From: a bacterium | GTDB lineage: Bacteria > Sysuimicrobiota > Sysuimicrobiia > Sysuimicrobiales > Segetimicrobiaceae | DNA length: 63,804 bases | Reading direction: 5' to 3' | NCBI GenBank assembly: GCA_035280345.1 | Contig: DATEGA010000227.1 | Span: 1-63,804, forward strand | In this document: in pieces, positions 1 to 9,080 of the stretch | How positions within the stretch are numbered: position 1 is the stretch's first letter | Layout of the letters: the number at the start of each line of letters is the position of its first letter | The notes under the pieces: model-generated | What the model saw: only the letters and a program-made list of their open reading frames with translations | Told to the model about the DNA's origin: nothing | The model's database searches: none | Program-made: the position numbers and the translations under genes

Positions 1-205
1 GCCGGGCCATCCCGCCGGGGCCGGCCGGCACCCGCGTCGCGGGGTCGGATCGTCGACGTACGAAAGTCTCGCCATGCCGAATCCGGTTCGATGGCATCGC
101 GCACCCGGCCTCCACCCGGCGCGCGCCGCGGCACAGGAAGGCCCCGCGCGCGGCGAGAAGGCCGGAAACCGCCGCGCTCGCGCCGAGCGCGATGAGGAGG
201 ATCCG

Positions 206-1234
206 ATGGCCGAGATGCGCGCTGCGTTCATTCACAAAGCGCGGGATATCCGCCTGGCGACGATTCCCCGGCCGGAACCGAAAGACGGCGAGCTGCTGCT
301 GCGTGTCCGGACCGTCGGCGTCTGCGGCAGCGACCTTCATTATTATCGGGAGGGCTGCGTCGGTACGCAGGTCCTCACCGGGCCCCAAATCCTGGGACAC
401 GAGTTTTCCGCCGAGGTGGCCGACGACCGCGGCACCGCACACGGCCTGCCGCGCGGCACGCTCGTGGCCGTCGACCCGGCGCGTCCGTGCGGGCGGTGCG
501 AATGGTGCCTGCACGGCCACCAGAACCTCTGCCCGGACGTGGAGTTCGCCGGTTCGCCGGGGCGGGCCGGCGGCCTCGCCGAGTTTCACACCGCGCCGCC
601 CGACGCGCTCTTTCCCGTGCCGCCGCACTTCGACGCGGCCACCGCGGCGATGCTGGAGCCGCTCGGCGTCGCGATCTTCACGCTCGACCTCGCGCACCTG
701 CGGCCGATGGAAAATGTGGCGGTGGTCGGCGCCGGTCCGATCGGGCAGCTCCTGATCCAGGTCGCGCGCGAGTCCGGGGCGGGATACATCTGGGCGATCG
801 ATCCGATCGACTACCGTGTCGCGGCGGCTAAGCGCGCCGGGGCCGACGATGCGTCGACCGATTACACGGCGATCGAGCGGTGGACCGGCGGCCGCGGCGC
901 GGACGTCGTCTTGGAAGCCACCAACTCACCCACCGGGCCCGAAACCGCGGTCGCGTGCGCGCGCGTCGGCGGCCGCGTGGTCATGGTGGGCATTCCGGAC
1001 GGCGATACGTTCACCCTGTCCGCCGCGGCGGTGCGCGGCAAAGCGCTGACCATCAAGTGGCAGAAGCGGATGGGCCACGTCTATCCGCGCGCGATCCAGA
1101 TGGTCCTGGCCGGGCGCATCAAGTTCGACCCGGTGATGACGCACCGGTTCCCGCTCGAGCGCGTGCCCGACGCCTTCCGGTTTCAGAACGCATACCAGGA
1201 AGGCGTGCTGAAAACCATGATCGAGGTGGGATGA
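206..1234 (+). CDS. Zn-dependent medium-chain alcohol/polyol dehydrogenase (sorbitol/threonine dehydrogenase-like)
   Basis: ORF 74..1234. Motifs GVCGSDLHYY, GHEFSAEV, Cys cluster CGRCEWCLHGHQNLC, Rossmann VVGAGPIGQ. ATG at 206 preferred because the 44 upstream codons are Arg/Ala-rich and not MDR-like. Confidence 0.85.
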   Translation: MAEMRAAFIHKARDIRLATIPRPEPKDGELLLRVRTVGVCGSDLHYYREGCVGTQVLTGPQILGHEFSAEVADDRGTAHGLPRGTLVAVDPARPCGRCEWCLHGHQNLCPDVEFAGSPGRAGGLAEFHTAPPDALFPVPPHFDAATAAMLEPLGVAIFTLDLAHLRPMENVAVVGAGPIGQLLIQVARESGAGYIWAIDPIDYRVAAAKRAGADDASTDYTAIERWTGGRGADVVLEATNSPTGPETAVACARVGGRVVMVGIPDGDTFTLSAAAVRGKALTIKWQKRMGHVYPRAIQMVLAGRIKFDPVMTHRFPLERVPDAFRFQNAYQEGVLKTMIEVG

Positions 1235-1752
1235 ACCGGGCCACACGCTACGCGGCTTTCCTCCGCGGCGTCATGCCCACGAATGCGCGCATGGCCGATT
1301 TGCGGCGCGCGTTCGAGGCGACGGGCTTCACGGAGGTACAGACGGTCCTCGGGAGCGGCAACGTCCTTTTCACCGCCCCCGCGGCCTCCGAGCGGTCGCT
1401 CGAGCAGCGGGCCGAGACCGCGATGAGCCGCCACCTGGGACGCCATTTCCTCACGATCGTCCGGCCGGTCGACGAACTCCGGGACATCCTCGCGGCAGAT
1501 CCCTACCGGAGGTTCCGGCTGAGCGCCGGCACCAAGCGCATCGTGACGTTTCTCCGGGCCCGGCCTAGCCGGCGGCCGGCGCTGCCCATCGAGGTTGACG
1601 GCGCGCGCATCCTCGCCGCAATGGGCGGTCAGGTCTTCAGCGCCTACGTCCGCACCCCGAAGGGACCCGTCTTCATGGCGCTGATCGAGCGGACGTTCGG
1701 CAAGGAGCAGACCACCCGAACGTGGGAGACGGTTGCAAAGATGGCGCGCTGA
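1231..1752 (+). CDS. DUF1697-family protein
   Basis: C-terminal part of ORF 880..1752, starting MNRATRYAAFLRGVMPTNARMADLRRAFE, which resembles DUF1697. ATG at 1231 overlaps the upstream stop (ATGA). Confidence 0.65.
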   Translation: MNRATRYAAFLRGVMPTNARMADLRRAFEATGFTEVQTVLGSGNVLFTAPAASERSLEQRAETAMSRHLGRHFLTIVRPVDELRDILAADPYRRFRLSAGTKRIVTFLRARPSRRPALPIEVDGARILAAMGGQVFSAYVRTPKGPVFMALIERTFGKEQTTRTWETVAKMAR

Positions 1753-1786
1753 GACCGGCGCTCCGGCCCTGCCGGTATGCCCGGTT

Positions 1787-2479
1787 CTACAGGGTTGTGC
1801 CTGCGTCCATGATCGAGATGATCGGCCGCAGGCGGTCGTACAGCTGCGCGGTGACACGCGCATCGTCGAGGCAGTAGCGCGCGATCTCGTCGAGCCGGCC
1901 GTCGCGGTACATCCCCGCCACATCACTGCCGCGCATCTCGCCCTTCGAGGAGGGTAGGCCGAACTGGCACGACCAGAAATCGAGGGTGCCGCGCATCCGG
2001 CTCGCGTTCCAGAACGTCAGCACCTCGTACAGGTCGCAGTGATTGCTCAGCTGGTAGCGCGGTCCCATCAGGTTCCGCGTCGGAGCCACGCCGAGGATCG
2101 CGGACCGCAGCATCAGGTACGGCGCGTCGAAACCCCGGCCGTGAAAGGTGACGACGAGCGGCGACTCGCGCCCGATCACGCTCCAAAACTCCCGCACCAT
2201 CGCCGCCTCCGCGCCGCGAAAGATCTGCGCGTCTTCGCCGAAAGCCGTCCACTCCGGCACGCCGCCCTCGACGAACACCCGTCCCCGCGACCCGCCGAGG
2301 TCCCACATGCCGATGGCGACGATGCGGCCGGTCGCGGCGTGCAGCCCCAGCCGCTCCTTGGCGCGCGCGATCTCCTCCTCGTCCTTGCCCTCGCAGAGGT
2401 AGGCCTGCGCGCGGGGCGGGAGCGCCTCCCAGTTCTCGCCGACGGTCTCGATGTCCAGCCCGACCACGAGCCTCGGCAC
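1787..2479 (-). CDS. RNase H-fold 3'-5' exonuclease (PolB-exonuclease-domain-like)
   Basis: ORF 1787..2479. N-terminal VVGLDIET acidic motif, later FHGRGFDAPYL and YCLDDA motifs typical of DEDD-type exonucleases. Confidence 0.6.
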   Translation of the reverse strand: MPRLVVGLDIETVGENWEALPPRAQAYLCEGKDEEEIARAKERLGLHAATGRIVAIGMWDLGGSRGRVFVEGGVPEWTAFGEDAQIFRGAEAAMVREFWSVIGRESPLVVTFHGRGFDAPYLMLRSAILGVAPTRNLMGPRYQLSNHCDLYEVLTFWNASRMRGTLDFWSCQFGLPSSKGEMRGSDVAGMYRDGRLDEIARYCLDDARVTAQLYDRLRPIISIMDAGTTL

Positions 2480-2480
2480 G

Positions 2481-2792
2481 TCAGCCGATCCGCTCGTACA
2501 CGACGCGCCGGCGGTTGAAGGTATGCGGGCGGATCTTGTGCGGCCACGTGCCGCTGTCCGCCGCGGCGTTGAACGCGGCGCTCTCCGGGATATCCGGCCG
2601 GTCCATCTCGTAGATCGCCACGTACTTGGGCACGCCCTCGGCGTTCGTGCGGTAGCGCGTCGCGCTCCGCACCCCCGGCACCTGGAGCAGGGCTGGGATG
2701 TGCTCCCTGTCGTACACGTCGTTGAACGCCGCCTCGACCTCGGGCGCGACGTCCATCATCACGACAAAGAGATATTTCGCCTGTGCGGCCAT
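2481..2792 (-). CDS. small EthD/dimeric alpha-beta-barrel-like protein
   Basis: ORF 2481..2831. ATG at 2792 lies 6 nt after GGAGGTG. The stop is 1 nt from the exonuclease start, so they are probably co-transcribed. Confidence 0.5.
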   Translation of the reverse strand: MAAQAKYLFVVMMDVAPEVEAAFNDVYDREHIPALLQVPGVRSATRYRTNAEGVPKYVAIYEMDRPDIPESAAFNAAADSGTWPHKIRPHTFNRRRVVYERIG

Positions 2793-2818
2793 GCGGCGCA
2801 CCTCCGGGAGGAGACTGG
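2793..2818. promoter_or_regulatory. 26-nt divergent spacer with two Shine-Dalgarno sites forming the inverted repeat CCTCC-G-GGAGG
   Basis: Read directly: gcggcgcaCCTCCgGGAGGagactgg. CACCTCC serves the minus-strand gene (6 nt from its ATG). GGGAGGAG serves the plus-strand gene (5 nt from its ATG). Confidence 0.6.
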
Positions 2819-3412
2819 ATGAAGCCACCATGGATCGTGCTCGGTCCCCGCGGGGGTGAGGCGCTGCGGCTCCGTCCGCCGTCGCGCAGCGGCAACGTCA
2901 CCATCAAGGTGGACCGCCGGACGGCCGGCTCCCCCTTGCTGGCGGTGGGCCATCAGCGTCTCGGCGCCGGGGCCGCGATCCCGGTCCACCTGCACGAGCA
3001 TCAGGACGAGGTCATCTTCGTCCACGCCGGCCGCGGCACGGCCGTGTTCGACGGGCGTCGCGTCCCGCTCCGCACCCGCAGCACGATCTTCGTGCGCCGC
3101 GGCGTGTGGCACGGCGTCGACAACACGAGCCGCGCGGACCTGCACCTCATCTGGATTATCTCGCCGCCTGGCCTCGAGGAGATGTTTCGGGACATCAGCG
3201 TGCGGAAGGGCGCGCGCCCCCGGCCGATGTCCCGCGACGAGTTCGCCGCGCTGGTCCGCCGCCACCGCATGCACGTGAGGACGGCGGGAGACCCTACGCG
3301 AGCAGGTGCGGCGCCTGGCGCTCGACGTCCGGCCGCATCTCGCGCAGCGCGTCGCCCACCGCGGCGGCGCACGTTTCGATCTCGGCGTCCGTCATCGGTG
3401 CGCAGAGGCTGA
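2819..3412 (+). CDS. cupin-domain protein
   Basis: ORF 2783..3412. Cupin motifs PVHLHEHQDEVIFVHAGRG and FVRRGVWHGVDN. ATG at 2819 follows GGGAGGAG. The Arg/Pro-rich C-terminal tail overlaps the convergent aminotransferase gene. Confidence 0.7.
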   Translation: MKPPWIVLGPRGGEALRLRPPSRSGNVTIKVDRRTAGSPLLAVGHQRLGAGAAIPVHLHEHQDEVIFVHAGRGTAVFDGRRVPLRTRSTIFVRRGVWHGVDNTSRADLHLIWIISPPGLEEMFRDISVRKGARPRPMSRDEFAALVRRHRMHVRTAGDPTRAGAAPGARRPAASRAARRPPRRRTFRSRRPSSVRRG

Positions 3413-4649
3413 ACGCCCCGCGGGACATCGAGTAGATCCCGCGATTGAGCAGGTGCAGGTGCAGCAGCGACTGCAGGGCCGCGGGCACCGCGGCCTTCGA
3501 GCGGTAGTCCGTGACCGGACGGTGGCTCAGCAGGATGCACGAGAACGAGCCGACCCCGGTGACCTGCGCGCGGATCCCCGCGGCGCGCACCGTCTCGGAA
3601 AGGCCTGCGCGCAGGCGGTCCCCCATCGCGTTGAGCCGGTCGATCTGCGGCTGATCGAGGATCCGCAGCACCGCCTGGCCCGCTACCATCGTCGCCCGGT
3701 TGCCGTTGAACGTGCCGGAGTGGTGGAGATGCCCCGGACGGCTCGGATCGAACAGGTCCATCACGTCGCGGCGTCCGCCGAAGGCGCCCACGGGGAACCC
3801 GCCGCCGATGATCTTGCCCATCGCGGTCAGGTCCGGCGTGACGCCAAACATCTGCTGCGCCCCGCCCCGGCTGAGCCGCAGGGTTTGGATCTCGTCGAAG
3901 ATCAAGAGCGCCCCGTGTCGAGACACGGCCTGACGCAGGCCCGCGAGGTACCCGGGCGCCGGTGGAATGTAGCTTAGACCGCCCGGGACCGGCTCGACGA
4001 TCAACGCGCCGATCTCGCCCGGATGCTGGGCGAAGGCGCGCTCGACCGCGGCGACGTCGTTGAACGGCACGACCACCACGTCGTCGGCGACGTGAGCCGG
4101 CAGGCCCGCCGCGTCCGGAACGGCGCGCGGTGCGTCGGCCGGGCCGGCCGCGGCAAGGTCGGGCGACACGCTGACCTCGACCGCGTCGTGCGTGCCGTGA
4201 AAGCCCCCTTCGATCTTGATGAATTTGGGCCGCCCGGTGAACGCCCGCGCCGCGCGCAACAGAAACAGCGTTGCCTCGGTGCCGGAGTTGCAGAAGCGCA
4301 CCGTCTCAAGCGAGGGCACGCGGTCGACGAGCATCTCGGCCAACGCGATCTGCGGCACGAGCGGCGCGGCGTAGGCGGTGCCCCGCGCGAGCTCGCGGGT
4401 CACCGCTTCGAGCACGGCGGGATGCGCGTGGCCCAGGATCAGCGAGGTGTAGTTGTTCACGAAGTCGACGTACCCGTGGCCGTCCGCGTCCCAGAGGCGG
4501 CAGCCCTCGCCCCGCTCGATGAACACGGGGTACGGCGCCCAGTAGGCGGAACTGCGGGTGTCGCCGCCCGGCATCACGCGGCGCGCCTGCTCGTGGAGAC
4601 GCCGCGACGCGGTAGTCCGGCTGAGATAGGTCTCGAGGGCGTCGGTCAT
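3294..4649 (-). CDS. class III PLP aminotransferase, glutamate-1-semialdehyde 2,1-aminomutase family
   Basis: C-terminal 451 codons of ORF 3294..5657, starting MTDALETYL. Motifs NSGTEA, DEIQT, and GKIIGGGFP carrying the PLP lysine. Confidence 0.9.
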   Translation of the reverse strand: MTDALETYLSRTTASRRLHEQARRVMPGGDTRSSAYWAPYPVFIERGEGCRLWDADGHGYVDFVNNYTSLILGHAHPAVLEAVTRELARGTAYAAPLVPQIALAEMLVDRVPSLETVRFCNSGTEATLFLLRAARAFTGRPKFIKIEGGFHGTHDAVEVSVSPDLAAAGPADAPRAVPDAAGLPAHVADDVVVVPFNDVAAVERAFAQHPGEIGALIVEPVPGGLSYIPPAPGYLAGLRQAVSRHGALLIFDEIQTLRLSRGGAQQMFGVTPDLTAMGKIIGGGFPVGAFGGRRDVMDLFDPSRPGHLHHSGTFNGNRATMVAGQAVLRILDQPQIDRLNAMGDRLRAGLSETVRAAGIRAQVTGVGSFSCILLSHRPVTDYRSKAAVPAALQSLLHLHLLNRGIYSMSRGAFSLCAPMTDAEIETCAAAVGDALREMRPDVERQAPHLLA

Positions 4650-4688
4650 GAGAGGACGTTCTGCCGGAGCCGCCCAAGTCCTCCGCCC

Positions 4689-5444
4689 ATGGAGATGCGC
4701 CTGATCCGGCACGCGACGCTGCTCGTCACGTTCCACGGCAAACGGCTCCTCGTCGATCCGATGCTGGCCGACGCCGGCACAGCCCCACCGGTCGCGAACT
4801 CGCCCAACCAGCGGCCGAACCCGCTCGTCCCGCTGCCGGTCCCCGCCGGTGACGTCGTGTCCGGAGTGGACGCGGTCTTCGTCACGCACACGCACCGCGA
4901 CCACTGGGATCATGCGGCGGCCCAGGCGCTCGCGAAGCACCTGCCGCTGTTCTGCCAACACGAGGACGAGGCAAAGATCCGCGCGGCGGGCTTCACCGAC
5001 GTGCGTCCCGTCCGCGACGCGGTGACGTGGAGCGGCATCACGATCGACCGCACCGGCGGCCAGCACGGCAGCGGCGAGGTAGCAAAGCGCCTCGCGCCGG
5101 TCTCGGGCTTCGTGCTCCGCGCCCCGGACGAGCCGGTGCTGTACGTCGCAGGCGATACGATCTGGTGCGCGGAGGTCGAGCAGGCGCTGCGGACGTACGA
5201 ACCCGCGGTCACCGTGGTCAACGCCGGCGGGGCGCAGTTTCTCGAAGGCGGACCGATCACGATGACGCCCGACGACATCGCGGCGGTGGCACGCGCGGCG
5301 TCCGCGACGCGCATCGTCGCGGTGCATATGGACTCGATCAACCACTGCATCGTGCGGCGCACGGACCTCGCGGCGGGGCTCGAGCGCGCGGGCCTCACGG
5401 CGCGTGTAGCCATTCCCCGGGACGGCGAGCGGGTACCCGCCTAG
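4689..5444 (+). CDS. MBL-fold metallo-hydrolase
   Basis: Part of ORF 4023..5444, starting MEMRLIRHATLLV. HTHRDH (HxHxDH) motif. Confidence 0.8.
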   Translation: MEMRLIRHATLLVTFHGKRLLVDPMLADAGTAPPVANSPNQRPNPLVPLPVPAGDVVSGVDAVFVTHTHRDHWDHAAAQALAKHLPLFCQHEDEAKIRAAGFTDVRPVRDAVTWSGITIDRTGGQHGSGEVAKRLAPVSGFVLRAPDEPVLYVAGDTIWCAEVEQALRTYEPAVTVVNAGGAQFLEGGPITMTPDDIAAVARAASATRIVAVHMDSINHCIVRRTDLAAGLERAGLTARVAIPRDGERVPA

Positions 5445-6697
5445 AGCGGCGCGTCCGGCGGTCGCCCCATCCGGTCTGCGAACCGGGTCATCACTCCGGC
5501 GGCGCCGACGAAGATCGCGGCGCCCGCGTAAAACGCGTTCTGCACGTTGTCCGCCGTGCTGACGGCGCCGTAGATCACCGGGCTGATGATCGTGGCGATC
5601 CGCTGGACGCTCTGCCGAACGCCGAGCGCCACCCCCCAGAACTCCGCGGTCACGCACTCGACCAGCAGGCTCATCGTCAGTGGCTGCGTGAACCCCACGC
5701 TCGACCCCATGAGGATCGAGACGCCGAGCAGCAGCCCAAAGGCGTGCGTGAGCGGTGCCAGCGCGAACGAGATGGCAGCCACGACCATCGAGAGCAGCAG
5801 CGCCCGGCCGGTGCCGAGCAGCGCGACGCCGGCCGAGAGCAGCGACCGGACCGCCATCGTCGAGCTGCTCACCGCGGCCACGAGGATGCCGATCAACGGC
5901 GCCGCCATGCCGATCTGGTGCAGATACAGTGGATAGAATGTGTTCTGCAGCTGCTGGGCGGAGACCATCATGGCCGACACGAACAGAATCGCCCCCATCC
6001 CCTGCTGCCTAAGGATCGTGCCCACGAGCGTGTGCGCGGCCGAGAGCGGCACCGCATGCCGCGGCGGCGACGGTATGCCGCGAAGGCCGGCGATACACAC
6101 GAGGCAGGGCAGCATCAGGATCCACAGCGCGGCGAAGGATCCGACGTAGCCGAACCGCGCGGCGATAAACCCGCCGGCGATCGGCCCCGCAACCGCTCCC
6201 GCCGAGTTCCAGAGCGAGTAGTAACCGTAGTTGCGGATGCGCGTCTCATCGGTACTCGCGACGGCGACGATCGCCTGCGCCGCCACCGCGAACCCGATGT
6301 TCGCAATCGTCATCAGCCCGTACCCGACGCCCGCCGCGGGAATCCCGCGCAGGAACGTCAGGACGAGCCCTCCCACGCCGAACAGCAGGGTGGACGCGGC
6401 GTAGACGCCGACCGGTCCTCGCTCATCGACCAGCGCCCCGGCGTGGATCGAGATGGCGAGCGGCACGATCCCGCAGAGTCCAACAACCGTACCCACCACG
6501 CCCGCCGTGGCGCCTTGTGAAAGCAGGTAGAGCGGGAAGAACGGGATCGCAACGTACCACGCGCCGTTCGAAAGAAACTGGATTGTGTTATTGAGCCGGA
6601 GCGCGATCCGGGGATCGCCGGCGAAGCGGCCGGCGTGCGGGCCCGCCGTGGTTGCCGCGGCGCCGGCCGCCGGCGCCCGCCCTAGCGGATCGTCCAT
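5441..6697 (-). CDS. MFS transporter
   Basis: ORF 5441..6697. About 12 hydrophobic segments and MFS-like loop motifs. Confidence 0.8.
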   Translation of the reverse strand: MDDPLGRAPAAGAAATTAGPHAGRFAGDPRIALRLNNTIQFLSNGAWYVAIPFFPLYLLSQGATAGVVGTVVGLCGIVPLAISIHAGALVDERGPVGVYAASTLLFGVGGLVLTFLRGIPAAGVGYGLMTIANIGFAVAAQAIVAVASTDETRIRNYGYYSLWNSAGAVAGPIAGGFIAARFGYVGSFAALWILMLPCLVCIAGLRGIPSPPRHAVPLSAAHTLVGTILRQQGMGAILFVSAMMVSAQQLQNTFYPLYLHQIGMAAPLIGILVAAVSSSTMAVRSLLSAGVALLGTGRALLLSMVVAAISFALAPLTHAFGLLLGVSILMGSSVGFTQPLTMSLLVECVTAEFWGVALGVRQSVQRIATIISPVIYGAVSTADNVQNAFYAGAAIFVGAAGVMTRFADRMGRPPDAPL

Positions 6698-6858
6698 CTA
6701 AACTCCTGACCTGTGCTCATTGCGATACCGGGGGCTTCTCTGGGATACCAGGGGCCCCCTGCGGTGGTCTTTCGCAGGCCCCAAATGGGCATGAGTGACA
6801 CTAGGAGCTACCTCGACGGATCAACGGAAGATCCGGGAAGGGAGCGGGGAAAGCGCCG

Positions 6859-8121
6859 ATGGAGTTCGATCATTTTGAGTACAAGTTCACTGCCGACGGC
6901 GCGGGACAGGCCCGCCGGATTGCGTCGATGCTGGCCGAGCAAGGGTACAACAGCCTGCATCGTGACGCCCTCGATCTCCTTCGACGATACGTTCCAAGCA
7001 CGGGCACGGACGCCCGAACCGACGAACCCATCGGCCCGCGCACGATCGACGTCCTGGTCCCCGCCGCGGACCGCAAGGCGCGCATCCTCGTGGCCGAGCG
7101 CCCGGCGACGGACGGCGGCGTGACTGTCGCCGTGGTCGCCGTCGGCCGATCGCCCGAAGAAGCGCACCGCGGACGGACCGCGGCCAAGTTAGCACTAGAG
7201 TCTAAAGACGGCCGCGATAGCGGGCTGGCGGCCCGTCTCGTGTCGGAGAACGGCCCCGCGCGCCAGCCGCGATTTCGCGAGGAATGGGCGCGCGCCCTCG
7301 GCCTCGTCCAAGGGGAGGGACAGGACTCCGCGGGCCCGTCCCCACGACCGCTCGCCTCCGCGCAAACGCTGTTTGCGCTGCAGGGCGCGCAGGCCGTGCT
7401 CGGCCGGCCGTCTGTGCTGCGCTCAAAGATCGACAAGACGACGAACGGATCACGTGTCGACACGGCGCAGCTCGACGGGCTGTCCTCCGAAGGCCTGATC
7501 GAGCGGAGCTTCGTCCTGATGTGCCGCGAGACCGGCCAGATCGTCGGCGTCGGCAGGGACGCCGCGGAGGTCCAGGCCGCGATGCAGCTGTCGCTGCGCT
7601 GCCCGCACTGCCGGCGGCCTCTCAGCGAGGAAGTCCAGGACGTACTGTACAGTCTCAGCCCGCAGGGCGAGGAGTTCATCAAGAGCACACGCTGGATCCG
7701 GGACGCCGTCGAGTCGTCGCTGCGCCGGCGGAACTGCTCCGCGGTCGTACTGTCGGAAGCGCCCAACAGCCCGGTGGACGGCGCCGCCTACTTCAAGGAC
7801 GCGGTCCTCCTCTTTCGCCTGCGCGACAGCGCCCCGGGAGAGGACGACGTGACCCGCCTGCAGCAGGCCGGGGCCGAATTCGAAAAAATCGCGCCCGGCG
7901 TGCCGGTGCGCAGCGTGATCGTGACCACCCAGCCGGCGCCGGCGGCTCAGGCGCCCGCGGGTGGGCCTGCGCCCGCGCTCTACCTCAACGCGTCGCAGCT
8001 CGAAGACAGCATGGATCGGCTGCTGGAGGAGCTGAAACGCGACGCGTTCACGCGACTAACAGGGACCACGCTAGAGTTCGTCCGGCTCGATCCGAGCATG
8101 CTGCTCGCGCGAGCCGGCTGA
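6859..8121 (+). CDS. hypothetical protein (420 aa, CPHC motif)
   Basis: ORF 6859..8121 with balanced amino-acid composition. No family recognised. Probably co-transcribed with 8145..8996. Confidence 0.6.
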   Translation: MEFDHFEYKFTADGAGQARRIASMLAEQGYNSLHRDALDLLRRYVPSTGTDARTDEPIGPRTIDVLVPAADRKARILVAERPATDGGVTVAVVAVGRSPEEAHRGRTAAKLALESKDGRDSGLAARLVSENGPARQPRFREEWARALGLVQGEGQDSAGPSPRPLASAQTLFALQGAQAVLGRPSVLRSKIDKTTNGSRVDTAQLDGLSSEGLIERSFVLMCRETGQIVGVGRDAAEVQAAMQLSLRCPHCRRPLSEEVQDVLYSLSPQGEEFIKSTRWIRDAVESSLRRRNCSAVVLSEAPNSPVDGAAYFKDAVLLFRLRDSAPGEDDVTRLQQAGAEFEKIAPGVPVRSVIVTTQPAPAAQAPAGGPAPALYLNASQLEDSMDRLLEELKRDAFTRLTGTTLEFVRLDPSMLLARAG

Positions 8122-8144
8122 GTCGCGGCTGAGGAGGAGATATC

Positions 8145-8996
8145 ATGAACGGACCGTTTGATTCCTTGGGCCTCGGCGTCGTCGTTGCCGGAGTCATCAT
8201 CGCGGTGGCGGGGATCTTCCTCACACCGATGCGCGGCGTGGTGTTGCACGCGATGCGAAATCTTCTCGGCGGAGGGGCGCGGCAGCCGGTGACGGACACC
8301 ACCGCCGCACAGGCAACGGCCGGGGAGACAACGGACGCGCCACCAGCAGCCCCCGTGACGCCGCTGCCGGCCGCTCCGTCCGCGAACGGCAAGCGGGCGG
8401 CCGCCGTGGCCCCGGCACCCGCACCGGCACCGATCCCCAAAATCGCGCTCGGCCCCGCCGAGCAGCGCACCGCCAACTATCGCGAGCAGGAAGCGCTCTT
8501 CGCGCGTACGTTGCTCACGGCGCAGAAGACTGCGGAGGACCTGGTGCGGAACGCGCAGTTGGAGGCGGAAGAGATCACCGCGCGGGCTGAGGCGTCCGCG
8601 GCCGAGACAACGCGCGCCAGCCGCAAGAACGCGGCGGAGATAGTTCAGAAAGCCGAGCGGGACGCCGACCTGATCGTCGCGAGCGCCAAGAAGAAAGCGG
8701 CCGCCTCGCTCGCGTTGCTGCAGGTCGAGGCGGACAAGCTCGCCGCCGAAGCGAATCAGGCCTTCCAGGTCGCGCAGCGCGCGGTGGAGCAGAACGTGAC
8801 CACGCTGAGCGCGCGGCTCGAGCGCCGGATGGCCGAATGGAACGGGGAGCCCTGGGAACGGAGCGCGCCGGCCGGCGGTGGCGACGGCCTGCACAGGGAG
8901 CCATGGGAGCGTGCAGCGGCCGGCGGCGTAGACAGCGCGGTCGACCTGCATCCGTCAGCCGAGGACCAACGACACGATCCGGCGGCCGTCAGGTAA
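8145..8996 (+). CDS. membrane-anchored DivIVA-like coiled-coil protein
   Basis: ATG at 8145 follows GAGGAGGAG. N-terminal TM helix, Pro/Ala-rich linker, then a long Ala/Glu/Lys/Gln-rich heptad region resembling DivIVA or ATP-synthase-b coils. Confidence 0.6.
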   Translation: MNGPFDSLGLGVVVAGVIIAVAGIFLTPMRGVVLHAMRNLLGGGARQPVTDTTAAQATAGETTDAPPAAPVTPLPAAPSANGKRAAAVAPAPAPAPIPKIALGPAEQRTANYREQEALFARTLLTAQKTAEDLVRNAQLEAEEITARAEASAAETTRASRKNAAEIVQKAERDADLIVASAKKKAAASLALLQVEADKLAAEANQAFQVAQRAVEQNVTTLSARLERRMAEWNGEPWERSAPAGGGDGLHREPWERAAAGGVDSAVDLHPSAEDQRHDPAAVR

Positions 8997-9025
8997 CGCA
9001 GAATTCCTTTCGGCCGTAAGACACC

Positions 9026-9062
9026 CCGGCGGCGGGCGTGCACCCGCCGCCGGTCCTTTTCC
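9026..9062 (+). terminator. rho-independent terminator-like hairpin
   Basis: CCGGCGGCGGG-cgtgca-CCCGCCGCCGG (11-bp perfect stem) followed by TCCTTTTCC. It lies between convergent genes ending at 8996 and 9081. Confidence 0.7.
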
Positions 9063-9080
9063 GCGCCCGCGGGGCTCGTT

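Noticed and set aside
4650-5657. N-terminal 335 codons of the 787-aa minus-strand ORF 3294..5657
   Set aside because: The composition is Arg/Asp/Gly-rich and not protein-like. It is antisense to the MBL hydrolase gene, which has clear motifs. Aminotransferase similarity begins only at MTDALETYL (ATG at 4649).
5027-6520. 497-aa plus-strand ORF
   Set aside because: It is antisense to the MFS transporter. The extremely Arg/Asp/His-rich sequence is typical of spurious high-G+C frames.
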